From assembly GCA_963749155.1 (NCBI GenBank), contig CAVVLO010000003.1, positions 1 through 64,000 on the forward strand: 64,000 nucleotides of DNA, in the 5' to 3' direction. Shown in pieces: positions 10,036 to 20,938 of this stretch. Source of the stretch: an uncultured Armatimonadia bacterium (GTDB taxonomy: Bacteria; Armatimonadota; Zipacnadia; CAVVLO01). Below the pieces are notes generated by a model. That model was not told the origin of the DNA. It did not search any database and saw nothing but the letters and a program-made list of their open reading frames with translations. A program made the translations under genes and the position numbers. Every line of letters begins with the position of its first letter. The stretch's first letter is position 1.

Positions 10036-13000
10036 TCACTGGCTCCTTGGGAGCTGCCGTGCAAACTGGGCAAGCTCGCGGCCCTTCCAGAGATTGGCGA
10101 TAACCTGCATCGGCCCTGTGTAGGGCACGTATTGCCTCAGTTCATAATCGTAGGCAACCAGGTCGGACGCAGGCAGTAAAGCCTTGTAACGACCCGGTGC
10201 GACCTCCTCAAAAGTGGCGCGCACATCGGGCAGTGGCACTACGCGCAGCGCGCCTAAGGCGCCCGAAAAAGACGCACCCTCGGAATCGCTGACCTGAAGC
10301 TCAACTTCAAGAGCGCCTTCCGAGGTCAGCTCGCACCTCAGCGGTTTAATCAGCGGGACTGAGCGCCCCCTCACAAGCTGCGCCAGCCCCTTTGCCAGGT
10401 CGCCTTTTGACAGCGCCTCTTTTGCCCGGGCCAGGCAGTGCGCCTGATAGTCGGTCGCGATGCCCTCCGCCTTGCCAGCCTCTACCGCCGACTCCAGGGC
10501 AATCAGTTTGAGTTCAGTTTCGGCCTCGCCAGCTCTCGGGGCGAACCGCAGCACGCGATAACCCTTCTCAGGCACGCTGATACTGGCCGTGAGGCCTTCT
10601 CCAGAGCGCTGCGCCGGTAAGGGCATCGTAGACTGAGTAGTCTCTTGCCGCGCCCAGGGCAAGTGCCGGATCGAGCGCGACGTCGAGGGCGATCTCCTCG
10701 TCCACCAGATTAATAATCGGCACGAGGAAGCTGGCCCCATCGGTAAGGCAGAAGGTCTCAGTGACCATCCGAGCGGGGAAATCCACCGCGTAATCAACGC
10801 GCAACTCGAAATCCCAGGGCTGAGGCTGGCCAGCTACGTAGCCTTGCCCCCCCAGGTAGTCTTGCTCGGCGCTATACCAGAGGCCAAGCTGCAGGCCTTC
10901 CAGTGCGCGCTCGGGCTGCAACTCGACATAGTAAGTGGCGTTTGGCGTTACAGGCTGGTCTAACCGAAAGCTCTGCAAACACATTATCGGCAAATTCTTC
11001 GGCTGGCTTTAGCGCTTCGACCAGGACCTTCCCCGTCGGCCCGCCCTCGCGCAGTCGCATCGTCATCGAGAAGCCTTTGGGCTCGGTCCGGTAAGTTGGG
11101 GTCTTGAGGGCAACCTTGGCCAGCCACACGCCAGGCGCTGTGAAGGTCTGACCGAAGGCCACTGGCTGCTGGAAGGGCAGCGCGACCTCGTGGCGACCGT
11201 TGATGGGTTCCAGTTGCAGGCTCCAACGCACTGTCTGGTCGCTGTCCACCCGGACAAAGGGAGACGCTCCGGCCTCTGGCAGCAGACGTTCCAGCTCGCC
11301 GAGCGCCTGATAGAACTCTCCTTTAAGCACCGTGACGCCAGGCCTGGCCAGTAACTTCGCGGCAGCCTCGGGGGAAGCTTTGCCCACATCGTCTCTGAGG
11401 GCGAAGCTGCCATAGACGAACAGGCGACCGCCGCGCTCGACATAACGCTCCAGCGCCTCGAGGGCCTGGGGACTCACGAGTTCGTTATGAGCGCAGATAA
11501 CTGCCTTATAGGGTTCCGCCTCGCCAGCCAGCAGTTGCTGTTCCCAGAGGAGGGCGTGGTCGAAGTGGTGCTGGATGGCCCAGGTGTGGAAGCCTGTCCA
11601 TTCGGGATTCCACCCCACCAGCCGCCACTGGGGCTGCGACATATAAATCGCTACCCTCGGCAGCACCGGCCAGGCGCCTTCCGCAAGGGCCGGAGCTTCT
11701 TCAGATCGCCGAAGACGCGCGCAGATCTCAGCCTGCGGCGGGGGTGCCTTGCACGCCCCACTCTCCATCGGGCAGCGAGCCGGAAAACTGGATCAGTCCC
11801 AGATGCCACCAACCGCTGCCGAAGGCCTCCATACAGTATCTGCGCGCCGCTGCGGGATTGTAGGACTTGCTTCCACCGCGCGCCTTCGGGTCGGGAAACT
11901 TGTAGGCGAGCCTGGCCGGGGCGCCAATCTTCCCCAGGCCTGCCAGCGCCGAAGCATACCAGAGGTTGAAGGCGCCAGGATCGTCGCCCTCCATTATCTG
12001 GCCCATCTCGAAACCATCGGAGGCGTCCGCATACTGGGGGAAATCCGCCCCCAGTTTCGCGTAAGCGTCAGCCCAGAAGATATTACCGTGATTCGCGGTC
12101 ACTGTCGGGCGGTCAGGATCCACAGAGCGCACTGCCGCATAATGCCAGCTCATCCGTTCGGCCATCGCCAGGAAGCTAAAATCCAGCCAGTCCGAGAATC
12201 GCCTGTTGAACTCGGGCTGGCGGGGCGCTGTGACCTCGGAGAAGCTACCAAGCAGGATGCCCCAGGCCGCATTCAGCGCCGAAATCGAGCCGTATTTGCG
12301 CTTAGCCAGGCCTGGAAGTGGAAGACCGCGTTGCCCGAGTATTCGCCATAACCTGCGCCTGAGCGCAGATAGCCAGGATACAGCGCCTCTCCGCCCAGGC
12401 CCCAGTAGATGACGTCAGGGTTATCCACCTCGGAGCCAACGAGCGCCTTTATGTACCGCGTGGTGCCCGTGACGATGACCGGATGGTTGATGCTGGGCCA
12501 GCCCTTCGGTTCTTCGAACATCGTCTCGAGGATAGGATTGCCGGCGACATCGTTCACCGTGATGTCAGGATACAGGTCATAAAACCAGGTGGGATAATAG
12601 GGAAAAGCCCCGTTATTCCAGTTGCCGACCCAATACATACTCTTGATGCCATAAGCGGCCTGCTGCTTTGCCTCGGTCAGCCAGGGCCCCAGATTGAAAT
12701 AACGATGGCCTTCCTGATCCGAATGCCATCGCCAGTTATTGTCCAGCCCGAGTTCGGCAAATTCCAGGAACAAGCCTGGTTGCGGTTGATTTGCGATTTC
12801 CAACTCGTAGGGCGCGCCTTCGGGCTTGGGTGCAATCCAGCAGCCTATTACACCTCCTGGCTCTGAGAGACGCAGTACATATTCACCTGGCGACTGGGGG
12901 TCGAAGAGGAATCTCGCCTGGAATTCGTTCGTAACCTCGGTGAGGTGCTCGTTGAAGATTGCTTCTTCTTTCCCCTCAACCAGGCGCGCCAGACTAACGG

Positions 13001-13367
13001 TGATACTGCCAGTCTGGAAACTCGTCGGGAACTGTACCACCAGGCCCTGAAAGGGCTGTTCGCTAGCAATTTTTTGGGTGACAGTTGGATATTGCCAGGG
13101 GGCGATCACCGCGGCGGCGCCATAGGGGGCCATCGGGTCACGGACTGGGATCCACATCCGGTTCATCCCCGCCAGCTCGCAACCATCGGCGGCTTGTTCG
13201 GCAAGTTCTGCAGGGGTGCCGCCAAAGGAATAACCGACCCACTCGCAGGGCATATTGATCTGCTGTTGATAGAGTGGCCAAAGAGTAACCGGCTCGACCG
13301 CGAACACCGAGCCGGTAAACAGTAGAATCAGTCCCAGAAACAGCAACACGATAATCAGCCTGACCAC
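10036..13367 (-). CDS. Large secreted GH42/beta-galactosidase-like protein with trimerisation-like domain (about 4 frameshifts)
   Basis: Five overlapping ORFs form a continuous product: signal peptide, YYPTWFY..YPD, YWGLGGE, FQAWL, VRSVDPDRPTVT, ALERYVERGGRL. Confidence 0.6.
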
Positions 13368-13379
13368 GCCCTCACCTCA

Positions 13380-14441
13380 TCAGTCGCGCTGCATCAGGGC
13401 GACTACTTTAAGCGCCTCGCGCTTTGCGAGCAACTCGAAGCCGGTCGCAAGCTCCTCCAGCGGCAGGCTGTGGGTGACATGCCGGCCAGGATCCACCTTG
13501 CCCTGCTTCACCAGCGACAGCATCCAGTCATGGACCAGGGGTTCATCGGGATAGATGCTGCCCACCTGCCAGTCCATTGGGCCGAGGTACACAGGAATTG
13601 AAAGCTCCGGCAGCACACCTTCCTCATCAGGCTCTGGCACGCCATACATCCTGACCGCGCCGCCAGCTTTGATACACTGCAAGCCCAGGCGCATCAGGTC
13701 GAAATCGCCTACCGCATCCAGCGCCAGGTCGGCGCCAGCGCCGCCAGTGAGGGCTTTCACTCGGGCGGGTACGTCTTCAGTCTGATTGTTAACAGCGAAG
13801 TCGGCCCCTTCGGCCAGGGCGCGCTCAAGTGCCGCCTCGCGCCGCCCAACACAGATAACCGGACCAGCGCCGAGAAGCTTCGCGAACTGGATGAAGGCAA
13901 GTCCAACTGGCCCCGTGCCCATCACGACCACGCTTGTGCCCAGGCCAATCCCAAGTTTATGGATTGTCGAAAGGGCCTCTTTCAAGGTGATGAGCTGGGT
14001 CGCGTGGACAGGGTCGAAGCCACGAGGCAGCTTCTGGTTCATCGCCCAGCCCCACTTGATAGCGTTGTAGCCGGCCTCCTGGGCGGCCTTCAGGTCGCCG
14101 CATTTGCCCCATTCGGCAAAGCCGCCATAGGCGCAGCCATAATCCGACTCGCCGAAGTCATAAGAGAGCGTTGGCCGCAGCACCACATCGCCGACAGCCA
14201 GATTCTTGACCCCCTCGCCTACTTCGACTATCTCGCCTACCCCTTCGTGACCAAGTACCGAGGGATATTTTCCTACTGGGATTTTCCCTTCTATCAACTT
14301 GCGATCGGTGCCGTTGCAGATAGAACAAGCCGTAATCCGGCAAAGGCACTCGAAGGGACCAAGCTTCGGCAGCGGCAGCCCGTCGTGAATCTCCAACTTG
14401 CCCTTCGCGGCGATGACCGCGGCTTTTTGCTTTGTGGCCAT
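13380..14441 (-). CDS. Zinc-binding alcohol/sugar dehydrogenase (MDR family)
   Basis: SICNGTD, LGHEGVG, GTGPVG Rossmann motif. Confidence 0.9.
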   Translation of the reverse strand: MATKQKAAVIAAKGKLEIHDGLPLPKLGPFECLCRITACSICNGTDRKLIEGKIPVGKYPSVLGHEGVGEIVEVGEGVKNLAVGDVVLRPTLSYDFGESDYGCAYGGFAEWGKCGDLKAAQEAGYNAIKWGWAMNQKLPRGFDPVHATQLITLKEALSTIHKLGIGLGTSVVVMGTGPVGLAFIQFAKLLGAGPVICVGRREAALERALAEGADFAVNNQTEDVPARVKALTGGAGADLALDAVGDFDLMRLGLQCIKAGGAVRMYGVPEPDEEGVLPELSIPVYLGPMDWQVGSIYPDEPLVHDWMLSLVKQGKVDPGRHVTHSLPLEELATGFELLAKREALKVVALMQRD

Positions 14442-14446
14442 TGACG

Positions 14447-15430
14447 CTACCTCCAGTCGAATACGATGCCGAGGGCATTGGTGTCTTTGCGGATGAGGAA
14501 ATCATAGCCTTTGGTCGCTTCTTCGGCCGAGAAGACATGCGTGATGAAGGGCGCTGCCGTCAGCTTCTTCTCATCAAGCCATTGGAGGACCTGAGCGAGG
14601 TTTTCGACCCCGCCAAAACTGCAGGGGAAATGCATCGTGATCTGTTTGCCATGCGGCGTGTGGAAAAAGAAGCTGGCGTTGTCGGGATACCAACCCTGCC
14701 AGACAAATCTGCCGCGCGCTTTGAGGCACAGGATGGCCTCATCCACAAGCTGGGTGAAGCCTGTAGACTCGAAAGCGATGTCCGCGCCTTCCTTCCACTC
14801 TTTCCAGATGGCCTCGTGCAGGGATTCCTTGGTCGCATCAACGCACCGATTGGCACTATGAGCGTTACTGAGCGCAACCCGCCGAGGATTGGCGTCGCTT
14901 GCGATAATTTTGCAGCCCTTCATCCGGGCGATCTGAGCGGTGAACTGCCCGATAAGCCCCTGGCCTACCATTGCGATCTTGTCGCCCCGCTTGGTGCCGA
15001 CGATGTTGTGACCATGCAGGCCAACCGCCGCCAGCCAGGCGAAGACCGCTTCCTGCGGGCTAACTCGGGTTGGTACGGGGACTGCCAGATTCTCGTCCAG
15101 CACCGAAACGCCTGAATGACCGCCCCAGGAAAGCCCAGCTTCTCTGGGGGCTTTGGTCAGTCCTGCCAGTACCCGCTGGCCTACGGCGACTTTGGTGACT
15201 GCAGAGCCAACCGCTTCAACGATGCCGAGGCTTTGATACCCGGGAATCGAGGGATAATTGGAGTCCTGGGGCCTTTCTCCCATAAGTATCCAGCGTTCTG
15301 TGCCAGGGCTTATGGCGGATACTTCGGTGCGCACGACGACCTCATTTGGAGCCGGGTCGTCGAAAGTCACATCCCAGACTTCGACTTGTGCGGGGCCTGT
15401 GAAGATGATACTGCGTCCCTCGACAGCCAT
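14447..15430 (-). CDS. MDR-family dehydrogenase (GYQ type)
   Basis: ISPGTE, PGYQSLG, GQGLIG motifs. Confidence 0.85.
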   Translation of the reverse strand: MAVEGRSIIFTGPAQVEVWDVTFDDPAPNEVVVRTEVSAISPGTERWILMGERPQDSNYPSIPGYQSLGIVEAVGSAVTKVAVGQRVLAGLTKAPREAGLSWGGHSGVSVLDENLAVPVPTRVSPQEAVFAWLAAVGLHGHNIVGTKRGDKIAMVGQGLIGQFTAQIARMKGCKIIASDANPRRVALSNAHSANRCVDATKESLHEAIWKEWKEGADIAFESTGFTQLVDEAILCLKARGRFVWQGWYPDNASFFFHTPHGKQITMHFPCSFGGVENLAQVLQWLDEKKLTAAPFITHVFSAEEATKGYDFLIRKDTNALGIVFDWR

Positions 15431-15432
15431 TA

Positions 15433-16314
15433 CTACTTCGCCTCCGGTTTGATGTAGTCGTTCGCGATAAACTGGGAAAGATGCCTCAGCGCGATAACCA
15501 GGCCTTCGTTCTCTCTTGCGCCATGGTAAATCGGGTCGTGCCTGCCTTCAATGTCGAGATTGCCAGTGTAACCGACTTCGTGCAGAGTCGAGATGATTGC
15601 CCCCCAGTCCGAGGCGCCCATCCCTGGCACGCGGTCGCGCACTCCGCCAGGCTCGAAGTGGCCATACTTCCTTACGCTATGCATCAGGCGTTCGGCGTCC
15701 TTGGCGTGCACGTGAAAGACTTTACTGCCATATTCGCGCAAGGCCCAGAGATAATCTATCTCCAGCGCGATGAGGTGCGAAGGGTCGTATTCCAGCCCCA
15801 GCGCAGGCGAGGGGACCGCCTCGAACATAAGGTCCCAGGCGCGGGGCGTATAAGCCAGATTTATACCACGGAAGGGGAAGGTATGGAACATCGGGCAGTT
15901 CTCGAAACCTATCCGCAGCCCCCTGTCCTCGGCTTCTTTCGCAAGCGGCGCCCAGACCTCGACATAGTGAGGTATGTTCTCGGGAATATCCAGGTCGGGT
16001 ACGCGGCCAGCGAAGGTGCAGAGAGTCTGGACGCCAAGTTGCTCTGCCAGCTCGAACAGTTTGCGAAAGAAAGCGCTCTGCTCTGCTCTTCTGGATTGTT
16101 CGGGCTCAAGCATATTGGGATACCAGCCAAGGGCTGAGACCTCAATGTCAGCTTCGGCCAGGGCTTCTTTGGCTTGCTGGATACTCGAGTCAGTTGCGGT
16201 GGTCGGATCGAGCGGGGCGCCAGGTCCAACCAGCAGTTCCAGACTGCCGAAACCAGCAGCACGTGCGAATTCGACTTCCGCCTCGCTGTAAGCTGCAAGA
16301 TATCCGATTCGCAT
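15433..16314 (-). CDS. Sugar phosphate isomerase/epimerase (TIM barrel)
   Basis: ATG 16314 after GAGGAG; GFENCPM, YDPSHL, HVHAKD, LDIE motifs. Confidence 0.9.
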   Translation of the reverse strand: MRIGYLAAYSEAEVEFARAAGFGSLELLVGPGAPLDPTTATDSSIQQAKEALAEADIEVSALGWYPNMLEPEQSRRAEQSAFFRKLFELAEQLGVQTLCTFAGRVPDLDIPENIPHYVEVWAPLAKEAEDRGLRIGFENCPMFHTFPFRGINLAYTPRAWDLMFEAVPSPALGLEYDPSHLIALEIDYLWALREYGSKVFHVHAKDAERLMHSVRKYGHFEPGGVRDRVPGMGASDWGAIISTLHEVGYTGNLDIEGRHDPIYHGARENEGLVIALRHLSQFIANDYIKPEAK

Positions 16315-16420
16315 AAAGAACTCCTCAAGAAGGTTTGCAGGATATTCGACTTGATGGCGAAGTCTCCTTCTGCCGGTGCTTACAACCTGGGCACCTGGCA
16401 ATCAGCGGAGGTGAAAGTCA

Positions 16421-16546
16421 GTGAAGGTACGTATTCTGGTGATCCTCATTGCTATTGCGATTGCGATCGGGGTGATGTGGTATATGGCAGGGCCGAAGAC
16501 CTTTGGTACGCCGCCCCCCATCGCTGGAGGTGGCCCACCGCCGTAG
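16421..16546 (+). CDS. 41-aa single-TM peptide, paralogous to the N-terminus of the downstream gene
   Basis: GGAGGTG RBS, GTG start, MKVRILVILIAIAIAIGVMWYMAGPKTFGTPPPIAGGGPPP then TAG; absent from the ORF track. Confidence 0.65.
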   Translation: MKVRILVILIAIAIAIGVMWYMAGPKTFGTPPPIAGGGPPP

Positions 16547-16659
16547 CCCAGGAGGGCAGGTATTTCTGGCAAGCTCGGGAGGAGCTCTCTGCTCCTGACG
16601 AAGCCTGCCTTGCCGGCTTTACACTGAATTGGTCAGTTACCTTTCGGAGGTGGCCTTAA

Positions 16660-17313
16660 ATGAAGGCTCGTGTAGTTGTGATTGTAATTGCGGTAGTTGT
16701 TGCAGTGGCTGTAATGTGGTTTATGACTGGCCCCAAGACTTACACTGAAGTGCCGCCAACCCCAGGAGGAGGCGCCTCCTCTGCGCCCTCCGGCCCGCAG
16801 GAAGACAAGAGCGCCGAGATGCCCAAAGGGCCTGCCCTGACAGCCTGGGAGGCAGTTGCGCCCGAGGCCACCAAGTGGGACGCGCAGGCCAGGCTAGCAA
16901 GTGTTAAGCCGCTTGGCGTCGCCTACTGGACTCCCGAAGGCAACGAGGCAGGCTGGGCTATAACTCTGGAATCAGGTGACAAGCAACGTACGATTACCTT
17001 CCATTTCTCAACTGGCGGGATGGCCAAGGGCGTAATGCAAGGTCCCGTAAGCGCAGCTGGTACTGGCGGCCCTGTAATTGCCCCTGACCTGTGGAAAATT
17101 GACTCGAGCGCGGCTTGCGCCAAAGCGATGGAGAAGGCCAAGGCCAAGTATCCGGATTTCAAAGGCGGCTGCAGGGCAGAGCTAACAGTTCCCGAGGCTG
17201 GCAAGCTCGTTTGGACAGTCGAATACAGCGACAAGAAAGGCGCCCAGGAGCCTGATGCCAAGTCGGGCACTGTCAAAGTGGATGGTATGAGTGGCGAGGT
17301 ATTGCCCGAGTAA
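16660..17313 (+). CDS. Membrane-anchored exported hypothetical protein, PepSY-like C-terminus
   Basis: GGAGGT RBS; N-terminal TM helix, Pro/Gly linker, WKIDSS..A..KA and W-V..VKVDGMSGEVL. Confidence 0.7.
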   Translation: MKARVVVIVIAVVVAVAVMWFMTGPKTYTEVPPTPGGGASSAPSGPQEDKSAEMPKGPALTAWEAVAPEATKWDAQARLASVKPLGVAYWTPEGNEAGWAITLESGDKQRTITFHFSTGGMAKGVMQGPVSAAGTGGPVIAPDLWKIDSSAACAKAMEKAKAKYPDFKGGCRAELTVPEAGKLVWTVEYSDKKGAQEPDAKSGTVKVDGMSGEVLPE

Positions 17314-18859
17314 GCTGGTGGCGTTACTACTCACTCTTGCCTGCCTGCCCGCCTGGGCTGGCCAGTGGCGCAGCTTCGCTGGTGATTGGAGCCTGGGCGA
17401 GTCTCAGGGGCAGCGCGATGCTGGCGCCTGGACCCAGGCCTTCGACCTCTCGCAGGCTTTCGAGGCGCCGCGTGTTTATGCGCGGTGCCTCATCGCTGCC
17501 GAGGGAGAGGGCGTCCGAGCGGCTCAGCTAGTGCTCGGGGCGACCAGCAACAAAGACTTCTACTATGCCCATTTCGACTCCCGCAACAGTTGCGTGACAC
17601 TGGTCCGCTCCTCCCCCACCCAGGCCTGGAACGAGTTGGCGCGCCAGCGCGGCGTCCCAATCGAGCCTGACGTGTTCCACCAGCTTGGTCTCACCTGGAG
17701 TCGGGGCCAGCTTGTTGCCTGGCTGGATGGCAAGCAAATCGTCAGCGCGGCCCTTCCCCAGGCGCCAAGAGGCTATTCAGGAGTCGGCACGAGCCAGGCG
17801 CGCGCGCTGTTCGAGGACTACCACTCTTATGGGAGGCGCATCGAGATGCCCTTCGAAGAGAAACACGAGCCTTTCGTAGTCGTTTGCGAAGATGGTGGAG
17901 CTGGCGGGTATGAGGCCTTCCCCGATGTGGTCAGACTTCAGGACGGCGACCTGCTTGCGGTCTGCTACGCCGGATACGACCATATCTCCTGGCCAGCGCC
18001 CCAGCTACCCAAGGGCGGTCGGGTGGTCTCGGTCAGGTCGAAGGACAACGGCCTAACCTGGGGCAAAGCCGAAATTGTCTACGACAGCGAAATTGACAAC
18101 CGCGACCCCCACATCAGCCAGTCAGCTGACGGGACGGTTTTCGTCACCTGGTTCGACCTGGTTACCCATCCTGTCAGAGGCTTCGCGACAGCAGGGCAGT
18201 GGTTCGTGCGCAGCTTCGATGGCGGGCATACCTGGGAGCAAGACGCTCATCTGATAAGTATGGAATATGCGGCTTCTGCGCCTATCCGGCAGCTTCCGGA
18301 TGGCGACCTCATCCTCGGGCTTTACACCGAGAGCAATGAGCACGCCTATGGCGCGACCACCAAGAGCCGCGATGGGGGCCTGACCTGGGAGACACCAGTA
18401 GATATCGGCAAGGAATCACCTATCCGGCACGATGCCGAGACTGATGTGGTGCTGCTGAAGAGCGGCAAATTGCTTGCGGCGCTGCGCCCGACGATGAGTT
18501 ATGCCCTCTCGGACGACCTGGGAGAGAGCTGGGGGCCGATTGCGCCTTTCGGCTTCGAGGGTCATGCGCCTTATTTCCTCTACACCAGTGGCGGGGTACT
18601 GCTGCTCGCGCACAGGCTGCCCCAGACGAGTCTCCACTACAGCCTGGACGATGGCGCGACCTGGCAGGGGCCGGTGCTGGTGGACGATGTGATAGGCTCC
18701 TATTGCTCGATGCAGGAGTTGCCCGATGGCACCGTAATCATCGTCTATTACACCGAAGGGCCAGGCTCGGATATCCGCGCCAGGTTCTTTAAAGCCGATG
18801 CGACTGGCATAACCTTCCTCGACCCGGAGGAACTCCGAGCCCGCTTTTCGCGTTCGTAA
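17291..18859 (+). CDS. Secreted sialidase/BNR-repeat protein (GH33-like) with N-terminal beta-sandwich (DUF1080-like)
   Basis: Asp-boxes SKDNGLTW, SFDGGHTW, SRDGGLTW, SDDLGESW, SLDDGATW; YEAFPD. Confidence 0.8.
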   Translation: MARYCPSKLVALLLTLACLPAWAGQWRSFAGDWSLGESQGQRDAGAWTQAFDLSQAFEAPRVYARCLIAAEGEGVRAAQLVLGATSNKDFYYAHFDSRNSCVTLVRSSPTQAWNELARQRGVPIEPDVFHQLGLTWSRGQLVAWLDGKQIVSAALPQAPRGYSGVGTSQARALFEDYHSYGRRIEMPFEEKHEPFVVVCEDGGAGGYEAFPDVVRLQDGDLLAVCYAGYDHISWPAPQLPKGGRVVSVRSKDNGLTWGKAEIVYDSEIDNRDPHISQSADGTVFVTWFDLVTHPVRGFATAGQWFVRSFDGGHTWEQDAHLISMEYAASAPIRQLPDGDLILGLYTESNEHAYGATTKSRDGGLTWETPVDIGKESPIRHDAETDVVLLKSGKLLAALRPTMSYALSDDLGESWGPIAPFGFEGHAPYFLYTSGGVLLLAHRLPQTSLHYSLDDGATWQGPVLVDDVIGSYCSMQELPDGTVIIVYYTEGPGSDIRARFFKADATGITFLDPEELRARFSRS

Positions 18860-18933
18860 ACTTGACCTGCTGCGATACCCGGCATATAGTAGCGTCCATA
18901 AAGCGACTCTCAGCGGTCAGAGGTGAACTAGCA

Positions 18934-19185
18934 GTGCCCAGATATGAATATCATTGTGAAGATTGTGACGTGACTTTTGAGCAGGTCCATCCTGTCGACG
19001 ACAGGGACAAGGGCGTCTGTGAGGAATGCGGCAAGCCTGCAAAGCGTTTGCTTGCGTCCTTTGTAGCCCAGTTCAAGGGATCGGGCTTCCACAAGAACGA
19101 CTACTCGTCAAACGGCGCCAAGCCTGCTGCCGGGGCAAGTTGCCCTGCCGGCGGTTGCTGCGGCGGGAGCTGTCCTGTCGACTAA
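18934..19185 (+). CDS. FmdB-family zinc-ribbon protein
   Basis: GTG after GAGGTG; PRYEYHCEDC..CEECG..FKGSGFHKNDY. Confidence 0.9.
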   Translation: MPRYEYHCEDCDVTFEQVHPVDDRDKGVCEECGKPAKRLLASFVAQFKGSGFHKNDYSSNGAKPAAGASCPAGGCCGGSCPVD

Positions 19186-19209
19186 CTTTCCTGTACAGAG
19201 AACCTTAAC

Positions 19210-19246
19210 AAAAGCGGCGCCTCCCTCGGGAAGCGCCGTTTTTATT
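19210..19246. terminator. Bidirectional intrinsic terminator
   Basis: AAAAGCGGCGC..GCGCCGTTTTT hairpin between convergent genes. Confidence 0.75.
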
Positions 19247-19272
19247 TGGCCGTCCAGGCAGTCTGGCTGACC

Positions 19273-19887
19273 TTAAGGCTTATAGAGCACCCAAAGCCGG
19301 CAACTGTCCTTATGCAACTCGGTTATGGTTAGCCACTTCGCGTGCCCATCACAGTAGGCCAGGTTGGACCCTTCGAAATGCGCCGGCCTTACCCAGCCTG
19401 GATCTATCCACGGGCCAGGCAGCGGGATAGTCGAACAATAGTCAGGATTCGGCTCTACCACCCAGTCTCCGTCCCGGTTTTCGCCCAGCAGCAAAGTCTC
19501 GGCAGGTTGGCTTATCTGGGCCAGGGGCAAGGAGAAATACACTTCTCCGATGTAAGCGTTGATGCCATAGGGGCTGGTGCCGTTCGGCCTGTTGAGGTTG
19601 GCTGGCGCAGACGGGCAGGAGTAGATGCCTTCGTTCTTCACATAGGGCAGCGTAATGTATTTCCAGCAGTGTTCCCACCAGTCGCCAAACTGGGCTGGAG
19701 GCAGCGTGTCATCGTAGTCCTGGGCATACATCATTATGCCCATCCCAAGCTGTTTCAGGTTGGAGGTGCAGGTGCTCTGGCGCGCCTTCTCCTTGGCTCT
19801 GGAGAAGACCGGAAACAGGATAGCCGCAAGGATGGCGATAATTGCGATGACAACAAGCAACTCGATAAGCGTGAACCCTCGTCGCAT
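19273..19887 (-). CDS. Prepilin-type N-methylation / DUF1559 / H-X9-DG protein
   Basis: [45 protein letters not shown]. Confidence 0.92.
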   Translation of the reverse strand: MRRGFTLIELLVVIAIIAILAAILFPVFSRAKEKARQSTCTSNLKQLGMGIMMYAQDYDDTLPPAQFGDWWEHCWKYITLPYVKNEGIYSCPSAPANLNRPNGTSPYGINAYIGEVYFSLPLAQISQPAETLLLGENRDGDWVVEPNPDYCSTIPLPGPWIDPGWVRPAHFEGSNLAYCDGHAKWLTITELHKDSCRLWVLYKP

Positions 19888-19917
19888 CAGGCGTTTCCCC
19901 CTGGACTGGTGAGGCGA

Positions 19918-20938
19918 CTAGTGCGAGCCCGCCTTCAGCTTCATCTGATCTACTATAACTGCCAGCAGTATGACCGCGCCTTTGACAAGCCACTGGTAGA
20001 ACTCGTCCACGCCAATCAGAGTAAGGCCATTATTCAACACGCCGATGATAAGCGCGCCCAGCACGGTGCCCTGGATGGTGCCAATGCCCCCAAGAAAGCT
20101 GGTGCCTCCAAGCGCGACGGCGGCGATGGCGTTAAGCTCGTACATCTGCCCCAGCTTCGGGTCGCCTGAACCGAGTTCGACTGCTCATTATGATACCCGC
20201 AACGCCGGCCAGCAGACCGGACATCAGGTAGATTTTTAGTTTTACTTTCGGGATATCTATACCTGAAAGGCGCGCTGCCTGTTCATTACCGCCGATGGCA
20301 TAGGTATAACGGCCAAAGGAGGTGCGCGCAAGCAGCACCCAGCCGAAGATCGCCCCGGCCAGGCCTATCAGGGCCGGCACGTGCAGCACTGGGTCTATCA
20401 CCTTCCCCAGGCCGAAGACGCCATATTCGGCGGGGAGATTCGAGACAGGCTGGGCATCGCACATCAGGAAGGCCACCCCGCGCGCTATGCTCATCATCGC
20501 AAGGGTTGCGATGAAGGGCGGCAGGCTGAACTTGTTGATCATCACCCCGTTGAAGGCTCCAAGCGCCGCAGCGGCCAGCAGGCCAATCGGTATCGCAATG
20601 AACAGCATAACGCCAGGCTCCAGCACCGGCAGGATTACCAAAGACTGGCTTCCAATCGGGATTGCAAGGCCGTGCTTGAGCAGCGAGGTCACCAGCACCG
20701 CGGTGAAGGCCAGTATGGAGCCAACCGACAAGTCTATACCCGCCGAGATGATGACGAACGTCATCCCCACCGCTATCAGCAGGTTTATCGAGATGTCCGA
20801 GAGGATGTTGCCCACATTGCCCGCCGAGATGAAGCAATGCTTGTTGGTCGTCAAAGTGAAAACCACGACCAGTATCAGCAGGAAGATTGCGCTGCTGTAG
20901 CTTTCAAGCAAGCGCTTCGACCGATCAAGGAAGCTCAT
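19918..20938 (-). CDS. Monosaccharide ABC permease, RbsC-like (frameshift at about 20175)
   Basis: [20 protein letters not shown]; the C-terminal [13 protein letters not shown] lies in a second frame. Confidence 0.9.
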
